Shown here: positions 12,501 to 24,500 of the stretch, piece after piece
How the letters are laid out: each line of letters begins with the position of its first letter
Numbering within the stretch: the first letter of the stretch is position 1
From: Macrostomum hystrix
Lineage: Eukaryota > Animalia > Platyhelminthes
Direction: 5' to 3'
Length of the DNA stretch: 64,000 bases
Assembly (NCBI GenBank): GCA_950097015.1
Contig: CATNEN010000012.1
Location: forward strand, 1,054,001-1,118,000
Translations under genes and position numbers: made by a program
The notes under the pieces: model-generated
Told to the model about the DNA's origin: nothing
The model's input: the letters and a program-made list of their open reading frames with translations, nothing else
Database searches by the model: none

Positions 12501-15500
12501 ATCCTCAGATTGGGAAGACATCATCCAGATCCTCAGGTTGGGAAGACATCATCCAGATCCTCAGGTTGGGAAGACATCATCCAGATCCTCAGGTTGGGAA
12601 GACATCATCCTGATCCTCAGATTGGGAAGACATCATCCAGATCCTCAGGTTGGGAAGACATCATCCAGATCCTCAGGTTGGGAAGACATCATCCAGATCC
12701 TCAGGTTGGGAAGACATCCTCCACCCAGATCATAAACAGAACGTCAGCCTCTTAACTTTCACAGGAGGATCAACACGACGAGCTGTTCCAAGAGATGGTG
12801 AACTTCATTGACCAGTGGAGCCGCGGCAACGATGTCATCTCCCAGCAGGTGTTCCAGCGAATGCCGTTCATCCTGTCGCTTGAGCACAATTACTCTAGCA
12901 CGGTGCCCTTGTTTATTGGGGTGTTTCAGCAGTGCGCAGCCTTCCAGGTGAGAATAAAGAAATGGCAGCCAATCAAGTCTTATCTGTTTCTTCTTCTTCT
13001 TGCTCCTCTTCGGTAGATCGGTGGCAGAGCGGTTAACGCGTTTGCCTCTCGCACCAAGGTCTCTAAGTTCGATTCCACGGCGAGGCCACATTTATTTAGG
13101 GCGCAGCCGCGGGGAGAAGGCTTGGGGGGCTTGTCTTGCAATTTACGCAATTGACGATGAGAAAGTCAGGGCAGATGTACACACCTGTGTGAGCGTATGC
13201 CTGCGTACAGTGTCTGTGTGCGTGTGTGCTCAGGAGTCAGCGAAATTGGCAGAATTGCCTCCTCGCTGGCTGCGGGTCTAGTGTCACCAAATGATGTGCC
13301 ATTGCCGCAGCCCTCCTGCAATTATTATTATTTTTTTTATTTATTCTTGTGAATGAACAAATTTAAATAAATTGCAATTAAAACAAAGGACCAGATGACA
13401 GAGCGAGACTTCAAGCAGATCATTCACATTGCAACAATGTGCCAGCGCAAGCTACCTGAAGTGTTCTACCTGCTAATTAGATCCACATATAGCAACAGCA
13501 CAGCCGATCTCAATCTTCGAAACATCTTCATCATCATCAAGCTGGTGATGGAGAATTACAGCCGAATGGGCGGCGTCTCCGGCGACTGGCGGGTCTGGAA
13601 GGCGGCTCTGGAAGATCCGGAGACAAGCGACTACCACCTGGCCTTCCTAGAGCTGCTCACCTGCTGTTGCCGGGTGAGAAAACTGGGGGCCGCTGCGATT
13701 CTATGCTCACTACTGACAGTAGGATTGGCTGCTCACTACTGACAGTAGGATTGGCTGCTCACTACTGACAGTAGGATTGGCTGCTCACTACTGACAGTAG
13801 GATTGGCTGCTCACTACTGACAGTAGGATTGGCTGCTCACTACTGACAGTAGGATTGGCTGCTCACTACTGACAGTAGGATTGGCTGCTCACTACTGACA
13901 GTAGGATTGGCTGCTCACTACTGACAGTAGGATTGGCTGCTCACTACTGACAGTAGGATTGGCTGCTCACTACTGACAGTAGGATTGGCTGCTCACTACT
14001 GACAGTAGGATTGGCTGCTCACTACTGACAGTAGGATTGGCTGCTCACTACTGACAGTAGGATTGGCTGCTCACTACTGACAGTAGGATTGGCTGCTCAC
14101 TATAAGACACATAATACCGATCTAAAATGAATACTTCAGACCGATCGCAGCTTCATCGAGTCGATGTGCATGAAGATGTTTCCCCTGGAGGATGTAATCA
14201 AATGCACTGTGCAGGCAGGCAATTTCCGCACGAAGGCCATTCTCATTCGATTCTTTGACGAAGTTTTTGTAAGCGCCGCGTCTGACCGACTTGAGACCCG
14301 AATCGACGAGCTGCAGTACAATCCGTGAGGATTCGGGAATATTGTCTCCTGGAATGTCCTGCTGTGTCCTTGGATTCCTTTAAGGTGTCTTTAGATTCCC
14401 TCAGCGTGTCTTTAGATTCCCTCAGCGTGTCTTTAGATTCCCTCAGCCTGTCTTTAGATTCCCTCAGGGTATCTTTAGATTCCCTCAGGGTGTCTTTAGA
14501 TTCCCTCAGGGAGTCTTCAGATTCCCTCAGCGTGTCTTTAGATTCCCTCAGGGTATCTTTAGATTCCCTCAGGGTGTCTTTAAATTCCCTCAGATCGTCT
14601 TTAAATTCCCTCAGGGTGTCTTTAAATTCCCTCAGCGTGTCTTTAAATTCCCTCAGCGTGTCTTTAGATTCCCTCAGATCGTCTTTAGATTCCCTCAGGG
14701 TGTCTTTAAATTCCCTCAGTGTGTCTTTAGATTCCCTCAGCGTGTCTTTAAATTCCCTCAGCGTGTCTTTAGATTCCCTCAGGGTATCTTTAAATTCCCT
14801 CAGGGTATCTTTAGATTCCCTCAGCGTGTCTTTAAATTCCCTCAGCTTGTCTTTAAATTCCCTCAGCGTGTCTTTAAATTCCCTCAGCGTGTCTTTAAAT
14901 TCCCTCAGCGTGTCTTTAGATTCCCTCAGGGTATCTTTAGATTCCCTCAGCGTGTCTTTAAATTCCCTCAGCGTGTCTTTAAATTCCCTCAGCGTGTCTT
15001 TAGATTCCCTCAGGGTGTCTTTAGATTCCCTCAGGGAGTCTTTAGATTCCCTCAGCGTGTCTTTAAATTCCCTCAGCGTGTCTTTAGATTCCCTCAGGGT
15101 GTCTTTAGATTCCCTCAGGTTGTCTTTAAATTCCCTCAGGGTGTCTTTAGATTCCCTCAGCGAGTCTTTAAATTCCCTCAGGGTGTCTTTAGATTCCCTC
15201 AGCGTGTCTTTAGATTCCCTCAGGGTGTCTTTAGATTCCCTCAGTGTGTCTTTAGATTCCCTCAGCGTGTCTTTAGATTCCCTCAGCGTGTCTTTAGATT
15301 CCCTCAGATCGTCTTTAAATTCCCTCAGTGTGTCTTTAGATTCCCTCAGCGTGTCTTTAAATTCCCTCAGGGTGTCTTTAGATTCTCTCAGGGGCTTTGG
15401 TTCGCTCAGGGGCCTTTAGATTTCTTTATTGTGTCTTTAGATTCCCGCAAAGTGTCTCTAGCTGTTTCTCTAAAAGGCAAAGAGTCCCAGTCAAAGTTAT

Positions 15501-18500
15501 CTAAGCTGACGTTGATAACATTAATAAAAGTGTTCTGAGTCATTAATTTGAAAGCTTTGTTTTATTGTAAAAACATTTTCGAGCAGAGTGTCCTACTGAA
15601 AGTAGAGTAGAACAATTGTAACCCGAAATTGATTTCCACAGTGAGCTGTGGCAGCTTATGCTGATGTGCGCAGATGACATTGAAGCGATTGTACGCGGCC
15701 TTGAGGAGCTGCCCCAGGAGGACATCTGCATGATTATGAAGGCTCAGGAGACCAAGCAGTGAGTTTGACAGGTTACTTTCTGAGTCCCGGCGTCAGTCCC
15801 AGTCCAAGTCCTAGTCCCAGTCCAAGTCCGAGTCCAGTCCGAGTCCCAGTCCTAGTCCCAGTCCAAGTCCCAGTCCAGTCCCAGTCCCAGTCCTAGTCCC
15901 AGTCCAAGTCCCAGTCCAGTCCCAGTCCCAGTCCCAGTCTGTCACAATCTAAGTCTCAATCTGAGTCCCAGTCCCAGTCCCAGTCCCAGTCCCAGTCTAA
16001 GTCTCAATCTGAGTCCCAGTCCCAGTCTAAGTCTCAATCTGAGTTCCAGTCCCAATGCGAGTCGCAAAATACAGAGATAATCATGGCGAGCTTAATATGT
16101 AAAAAATACAAGAAATGAGCGAGTGTGCTCAGAGTGAGCACCAGAGGACGGTGAGATTCCGCCAATTCCATTCCAGACCAGTCGGCAACTTCAACGCAAT
16201 GTCAGAGATGGAGCTCAAAGTGAACTACATCATGGACGGCCTGCTGCCCATGACAGTGAGTCTGCTCAGCCGAGTTTTCTACCCAATGTCGCTGATTGAC
16301 GAATCAGCCAAAGCATCATTCGAGAAGTTCCTAATCTCGCTGAACTCTTTCGCCTGTATGGTGAGCCAGTACGCGATGAACCAGTACCAGCTCACCACCC
16401 TGCTGGGCTGGTTTGAGAAGGTTGAGCAGATGAAAGCGGAGACCCTCAACCGGCTGTCCGCCTGGCACTCGGAGCTGGTCAGGATGATCGAGGCCGCCCA
16501 CGACGCCTGCACCGTGATGGGCTACTTCGCCGAGAAGCACGTCATCGGCGAGGAGGAACGACTGGCGCTGATCAGCCAATTCGCCGAGGAGCTGACGACC
16601 TACGACCAGTTCATCAAGTTCAACGATCGCTGCCGGAGAATCTACGAAGGTCGCAACACGGTTGATGCGCAGGTGCACGGAGTCGCTAAGAATGCTGCTT
16701 GTGAGCTTCTGCTTTATGGCCTCTGGTCATAACTCGGACACTTCGGGTCATAACTCGGACACTTCGGGTCATAACTCGGACACTTCGGGTCATAACTCGG
16801 ACACTTCGGGTCATAACTCGGACACTTCGGGTCATAACTCGGACACTTCGGGTCATAACTCGGACACTTCGGGTCATAACTCGGACACTTCGGGTCATAA
16901 CTCGGACACTTCGGGTCATAACTCGGACACTTCGGGTCATAACTCGGACACTTCGGGTCATAACTCGGACACTTCGGGTCATAACTCGGACACTTCGGGT
17001 CATAACTCGGACACTTCGGGTCATAACTCGGACACTTCGGGTCATAACTCGGACACTTCGGGTCATAACTCGGACACTTCGGGTCATAACTCGGACACTT
17101 CGGGTCATAACTCGGACACTTCGGGTCATAACTCGGACACTTCGGGTCATAACTCGGACACTTCGGGTCATAACTCGGACACTTCGGGTCATAACTCGGA
17201 CACTTCGGGTCATAACTCGGACACTTCGGGTCATAACTCGGACACTTCGGGTCATAACTCGGACACTTCGGGTCATAACTCGGACACTTCGGGTCATAAC
17301 TCGGACACTTCGGGTCATAACTCGGACACTTCTGCTCATTAAAGTTTCGCCTACCGATCCGCCAGGCTATTCGGAGATCGGCACAGTGAGGGAGCTACCC
17401 TTAGGCGAAGAATTTCAGCACTTTATCGACACCTTCTTGGACAAGAATTTCTCTGACGCCATACCGGAGCACTGGCCCAGCCGCTACAGGAACCTGGGCG
17501 TCCTGGTGGCCCAGGTGCACTCGGCCGGCTTGCTGTCCGGACTGCGCGGCCGAGAAAAGGAGCTTCAGGAGGAGCTGAACGTCCGCTGTCTGCAGGTGCT
17601 GCGCGGAGCCATTCATAACCAGGTGGTGAAGCTGCCGGACGACTGGGAGAACAGGCTGCGCGAGCCGCGGATCATCTTGTAAGCTGGCTTAGGGTATGGC
17701 TTTGGGGATGGATTAGGGGATGGCTTTGGGGATGGATTAGGGGATGGCTTTGGGGATGGATTAGGGGATGGATTAGGGGATGGCTTTGGGGATGGATTAG
17801 GGGATGGCTTTGGGGATGGATTAGGGGATGGCTTTGGGGATGGCTTAGGGGATGGATTAGGGAATGGCTTAGGGGATGGGTTAGGGGATGGATTAGAGGA
17901 TGGATTAGGTGATAGCTTAGGGGATGGATTAGGGGATGGATTAGGGGATGGATTAGAGTATGGCTTAGGGGATGAATTAGGGAATGCTTAGAGGCTTAGG
18001 GGATGGCTGAATTGGTGGGTTGCTGAGTTGGTTGCTAGGAGATGGGGTTCTTTAAATGATGTTAATGGAAAGGTTTCGGCTGAAATTCAACAAACCCGGA
18101 CAATCGGCCCGCAGCCAACTCCGGCACATCCGGGCCATCCAGGTAGCCATCAGCGAGCACAATCCTAACGAGGCCGTGTCCGCCCACCTCATTGACCCGC
18201 TATCTAAATCGTCGAAGCAGATTTACGCTTTTCTCCAGGTGCTCTTGTTTAATGTTTCCGATATTCAGCAGGTGAGTTAACGTACTGGCTAATCCTAATT
18301 CCGTTACTTTTAATTCGTTACTTTGGAAATTTCCAATAAAACTAATGTATCAATCGATAGAAATTTTACTTAACCCATTTGGGTCAAGTACGGCGCTTCC
18401 AAAAGCTGTGTACGGCTGTTCAGTCCATGGACTGGGGAGGTCGTTACACGGATCCAAACTTCTATTCCAGCTTTAGCTTAGATTCGAACTCCCGGCTTTC

Positions 18501-21500
18501 GAAAGTCCGAATGGCCAAACAAAAACTCGTCTTAGTAACGAGAAGTAACGAAAAAGTAAATAAAAAGTAGCGAATTAAACTCCAATAACAGCAAGCCATG
18601 ATCGACTTCTTCGCCACAACCCGAGTGGAGCACTTCTTCTGCGCCCTCGACTCCCTGCTGAAGGACCTCGGCCTGCAGATTAAGCGTAGGCGGGACGCAA
18701 AACGCAAGCTGGAGTTCATGCAGCAGCGGGGTCGCTTTGCCTTCAACCAGCAGTTCGAGCTGGTGAGACTGGCCAGCGACAGCATCCGGTACACGGAGGC
18801 CAACCTCAAGCAGAAGTCCGACGCTCAGGTGGGAAGACAACTCAGCTGAAAAAGCGTTTGGGAAATTTCTGGATATTTCAAGACATGGGTTTACAATTCG
18901 CAGTGTTAAACACCCTGACCCCATCGCGGCAAACGGTACGCTGAGGCCAAAAGGCCTTTCTTAGGCGCGAAAACCCCGCTTAGCCATTTGTTAGCTGTTT
19001 TTATTTTAATTGGCTGTGCCGGCCTGTTTGGCCCTCGCCTCTCGGGCTGCCCTACCCCTAGCTGCGCCGTGATTGGCCAGAGGGTGGCTAGGCTGGGGTG
19101 GTGGGGCGGATGGTCGGGCTTTGCCTGCCCACCCGGCCCCAGGTGAGCAGTGGCATTATAAGTGCGCGGTTCTGAGCATTTTCGGGGATTCGGACTTGGG
19201 GGAACCCACTGGAGATTCAGGAGCACAAAATTGTAGTTATATCTCAAAATACTACTATCAGAACTACTCTAGCAGTAGTACAGAGCGAGCTCTTTCACTA
19301 TTCATGTTTAGTGTCAGTTTCAGGTTGCAGTTTGAAAGTGACACTAAAGTGCGCTCCACAGTCTGTAGGAAAGTACATTTGCGAAAAAGACAGACTTTCC
19401 TGCACAGATATTGTGCGAAACACGATGATGCTATTTGAATCTAGGCAGTTGGTAAATTGTTTCAGTATTTCAATACCCTGGCTGACAAATGATTTATTTA
19501 TACGTATTATAAGAATGCAGAAAAGCCAGGACAATAATTTATTTTCTTCTCTTCACATTTTCGCAAAGCTGTAAAATTAGGTCAGTCTTTGCGCAGATTC
19601 CAAAGATTGTTGATTTAATAGGAAGTAAAGATTTCAAAAAGAATTTATTCGAATATACTCGTAATTTTCAGCACACTTATTGTAATTATGCTCGAATACC
19701 AAAAGTACAAAAGCTAAAAACTAAGGTAGCTTTTGGCTCGGCCTAGCAACAAGGCAGCTTATGCAACAGAAATTGAGTGAGTTAACTTCGTAACCTCGAG
19801 GGACTTGGTTTAATACACCAAATCAGATGGAGTTTGCTAATCTGCAAAAGTTCTTGGAAAACTATGTCCATTGCGAAGAGAAAAACAATTTATTTCCCCC
19901 ATGCCTAACTTAACGAGCAGCTGGTCCACCCGACAGGACTTTTCACGGGATTTTTCTTCGGATTAAAAAGATCTGAATTTCAACTTTTTTATTGAATGTG
20001 GCTATTTTTATTATCCCTGGCGCATTGCAGCGCTACGCTTTGTACACTCAGCTGGAGGAGCCGCAGAGCAGCCTGCAGGACGGCACAGGGGAGTGCGTGA
20101 TGAAGATCATGTCACAGATGTGCGACGGCCAGTTCAGGCCGCTGCAGAACTACCTGCGCATACAGGAGGACAATTACACCTCGTTTAACGTGCTGAACAA
20201 CCTGGCCAGTGTTGTACACCTGATCTATGCCAATGTTGACTGCGAGAACATCGACCTGTTGACCGCTATGCTAGACACGCTGAACGAAACCGCCGCTGGT
20301 AACCATAGAAACCGAGTCGAACTAGTCAACAACAAGATTGTCGACGTACTGAATGTACTACTCCGCACCAGGGAGCTGCCGGACTGCAGCCCGCAGCAGG
20401 TGCTGGCGCTGCGCGAGTTGATGGCAAATGTGCTTATCACACTGGTGGAAGAGAACGGCCAACAGGAAGCCGATCTGGCGAGAGAGATCATGAACACCAT
20501 CGACGTGGCGGCAATGTACCGGCTCATGGCCCAGCTAGCCAGCATGTCCAAGCCTGCAGCGGAGCCGGACCTGCAGGATCTCGTCCGCCTGCCGCGCAAG
20601 GTGCGCCTGCCGGCCACCTGTATCGGTCGGTTTGGCCGTCGGGTGCGCGAGTCCCGCGTGGCCAAGTTCTACCGGCTTAGGAAACTGGAGGAGATCAAGC
20701 AGGATCTGGTTGAGGTCGGCTTTAAGTACTTTGTGGTGCTGGCCCGTTTCAACGATCTGGATGGCGACTTGTACAAGAGAATCGGTAGGCTAATTGGTGG
20801 CCGGTGTACAATAGTATTTAAAGACGCCTTTGAACTAGGATTTCTGGAGACGCTTTTGAACTAGGACTTCTGGAGACGCTTTTGAATTAGGATTTCTGAA
20901 GATGCTTTTGAACTAGGATTTCTGGAGACGCCTTTGAACTAGGATTTCTGGAGACGCTTTTGAACTAGGATTTCTGGAGACGCTTTTGAATTTGGATTTT
21001 TTGTACTAGCCTAATGTGCCATTCGAATGTGTTCAAAACAACCAAAGTTTTGTTACTTATTCAACAACAGAGGACCCGGATCGCGAGTACCAGAAGGCCT
21101 ACAAGTACATGTCGAAGTTTGGCGACTCGGTGGAGATTGTCAAAGACGGCTGTCTGCACAGGGTCCATTTCCGGGTGCACAGTCGGGTGAGTGTCTGTTC
21201 TGTTTAACAATAAATTGTATCGCTATTTGGTGTTGGGTCACGAGAGGAGAGCTAACAGATCAGAAGACACAGAGAATGAACTAACCAGAGAAAAGATTAG
21301 GACAACTGTGTAGACCTGCAAATATAAACCCGTGTTAATGCTCAATCTTTAGCACGTACTGCGCGAAGAGGTCAAAGAAGACATCAAGTGGAAGACAAAT
21401 TTCTGGGATCCCTCGGAGAAGCAGCGGGATCTGCTTGGCTGGGCCGACTCCGTCATCCTGGATGTGACCTACACAACTCGAATACTCAAGAATCCGATAG

Positions 21501-24500
21501 CCATGTTCCTCAGCCGGCTGTGGCTTGTGTGGAACTGGCTGCCTGTGCTCATCAGCTTGGCCATCACCATTCTGAGCATGATCGCGTTCAGGCCGAAGTG
21601 GGCCTATAGGATGCCGGCGCCGGCCAATGCTACGACAGATCCGCCTCAACAAGTCTATGAGTGAGTGCTTGATGTACTTCTAAATCTAGTGTCTGGACCA
21701 GTTCCTCAAGGTCACGCAGTAGATCAGCTGGTTTCTCTCAAGGTCACCAAGTCAGTAGTTCAGCTGGTTTCTCTCAAGGTCACCAAGTCAGTAGATCAGC
21801 TGGTTTCTCTCAAGGTCACCAAGTCAGTAGATCAGCTGGTTTCTCTCAAGGTCACCAAGTCAGTAGTTCAGCTGGTTTCTCTCAAGGTCACCAAGTAGTT
21901 AGATCAGCTGGTTTCTCTCAAGGTCACCAAGTAGTTAGAGACAAAAAGTAACCAAGTAAGTAAGTAGATCAGCTGGTTTCTCTCAAGGTCACCAAGTCAG
22001 TAGTTCAGCTGGTTTCTCTCAAGGTCACCAAGTCAGTAGTTCAGCTGGTTTCTCTCAAGGTCACCAAGTAGTTAGATCAGCTGGTTTCTCTCAAGGTCAC
22101 CAAGTCAGTAGATCAGCTGGTTTCTCTCAAGGTCACCAAGTAGTTAGAGACAAAAAGTAACCAAGTAAGTAAGTAGATCAGCTGGTTTCTCTCAAGGTCA
22201 CCAAGTCAGTAGATCAGCTGGTTTCTCTCAAGGTCACCAAGTCAGTAGATCAGCTGGTTTCTCTCAAGGTCACCAAGTAGTTAGATCAGCTGGTTTCTCT
22301 CAAGGTCACCAAGTCAGTAGATCAGCTGGTTTCTCTCAAGGTCACCATGTAGTTAGAGACAAAAAGTAACCAAGTAAGTAAGTAGATCAGCTGGTTTCTC
22401 TCAAGGTCACCAAGTAGTTAGAGACAAAAAGTAACCAAGTAAGTAAGTAGATCAGCTGGTTTCTCTCAAGGTCACCAAGTCAGTAGATCAGCTGGTTTCT
22501 CTCAAGGTCACCAAGTCAGTAGATCAGCTGGTTTCTCTCAAGGTCACCCTGAACAAAAACTCAGCATCCGCACCTCATATCTGACCTCGCCAGCGCTGTG
22601 CCGTTACTGGCGCGGAATTTCGGCCCGGAGATATTCGGCTTGGCTGTGCTGCACTCGTTCGTGTGCACCGTACTCTTCGTATCCTACGTGCTGCTGAACC
22701 GGCCGGGTCTCAACAACCTGACTGGCATTCGAAGGCGCCTGACATGGCGCCGGCGAAAAACGCCATTCGAGTGCTGCGCCAGCATCCAAGGCTGTCAAAG
22801 ACGATGATGACGACGGGGTTGGCGGAGGCGCAGCTGGCGACGATGGCAGTAAAAGTGGCGCCAAGGGTTGTGCTAATGACGGAGCAGCTGGCAATGGAGT
22901 TCACGGCAGCGTGGACGAGAAGGATGAAGTGCAGGACGAATACACCGAGGTGAGACGCCTTAACCTCCTGGAGGTGCACGTGCTGGGACCAGAGACCTTC
23001 TACTATGCTCTGCTGCTGCTTCTATCGGTTGTTGGCACGATCTGCGGCTACTATGACAACTGGGGCTACTACCTGTTCGCATTTCATCACGTCAACATTT
23101 TCGCTGGAAATGTGGTACTGCAGAACGTGGTCTACACGCTAAAGTCCGCAGGTGAGTACATTAAAGGCTAATGGACCGTCTTCTGAGTTTCTTCTAGACA
23201 GTTCTTGATCATTAATTCGTGCCTTTTCCAGCGACAACAATGCTATCAATCCTGGTCATGGCCTTCCTAATGCTCTACATTTTGTCCATCTTCAACTTTG
23301 CCTTCTTTCGCTACGACGTGTTCTCATCCGACAACTGGTACTGCGAGACAATGTTCCAGTGCTTTGTCTGCTTTGTCCGGCAGGGACTTATCTTTGACAA
23401 GTGGATCGACGTGAGCAGCTTTGCCGTAGATACTCTGCTAAATATCAACGTTTCAATTGAGGCAACGCCACTTTACCTCAAAATAATTTGCAGATCTTTC
23501 AACCAAAGAATGATCCAATGAAAGAGTTTGAAATCATACTACCGACGTACTTCATCACAATGGCCACCTTTGTCGTCATATTTGTGCTGCTGATGAACAT
23601 CATTGCTGGCGTGATTCTAGACAAGTTCTCAGAAACCAGAAGAGAAACGGTGAGTTTCATTGCATAACGGTAATTTTTGCACCTCGCTAAATCATAGCTA
23701 CAACTGCAAGCTACTCGTAGAATCATAGCTACAACTGCAGTTAAACTAGTCTATTCTGGTACCTGTAGCAGCGAATGAAGCTGCTTTCGTGATCTGAAAC
23801 CTAGTGTATGCAAATTAAACTTTTGCATTGAACTTATGCCAAATGCATCCTAGTTGATGCTATAGACGAAGCATATTGCCGGTCAGTTTAGTTCTTCTTT
23901 TTTAGCAAAATAAATCATATTTGCAAGTTGGTGTAAAATATGAATAATGATTCCAAGCCTGAATGTGCATCATGTACGTGCTTCACTGCAGTCAGGCTGA
24001 TATAGGTCACGTAGCAGAACGGATGGTGCATCACTCAATAGGCACTGGTTTTGAACCCTTTGCAGCCAGGGGTCGGCAAACTCCGGCCCGCAGGCCAGAT
24101 GCGGCCCTCGAAGCTCCCAAATCCGGCCCGCTGCCCCTTCCGACACCTATAGTATCCTGTTTTATCTTTCCCCTGTCTCATCTCTCCTCGGTCTCGTCTC
24201 TCCCGTGTCTTATCTCCCCGTGTCTTATCTCTCCCGTGTCTTATCTCCCCGTGTCTTATCTCTCTCGTGTCTTATCTTTTGACTTACTTACTTGACTTAG
24301 CGGCAGGGGGCCTCCATGACGGACGCAGCGTCGTGTCTTATCTCTCCCGTGTCTTATCTCTCCCGTGTCTTATCTCCCCCCGTGTCTCATCTCTCCCGTG
24401 TCTCATCTCCCCCGTGTCTTATCTCCCCCGTGTCTTATCTCCCCCGTGTCTTATCTCTCCCGTGTCTTATCTCCCCCGTGTCTTATCTCTCCCGTGTCTT

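Noticed and set aside
13019-13085. tRNA gene
   Set aside because: A and B boxes are present, but there is no acceptor stem closure and it is fused to a multi-copy body with an (ATT)n tail, so it is a SINE head.
10054-17342. Repeat ORFs (WQSYCGSHIVAVIL, GRHHPDPQVG, SLDSLSV, GHNSDTS)
   Set aside because: Stop-free intronic minisatellites; no non-repetitive coding content.
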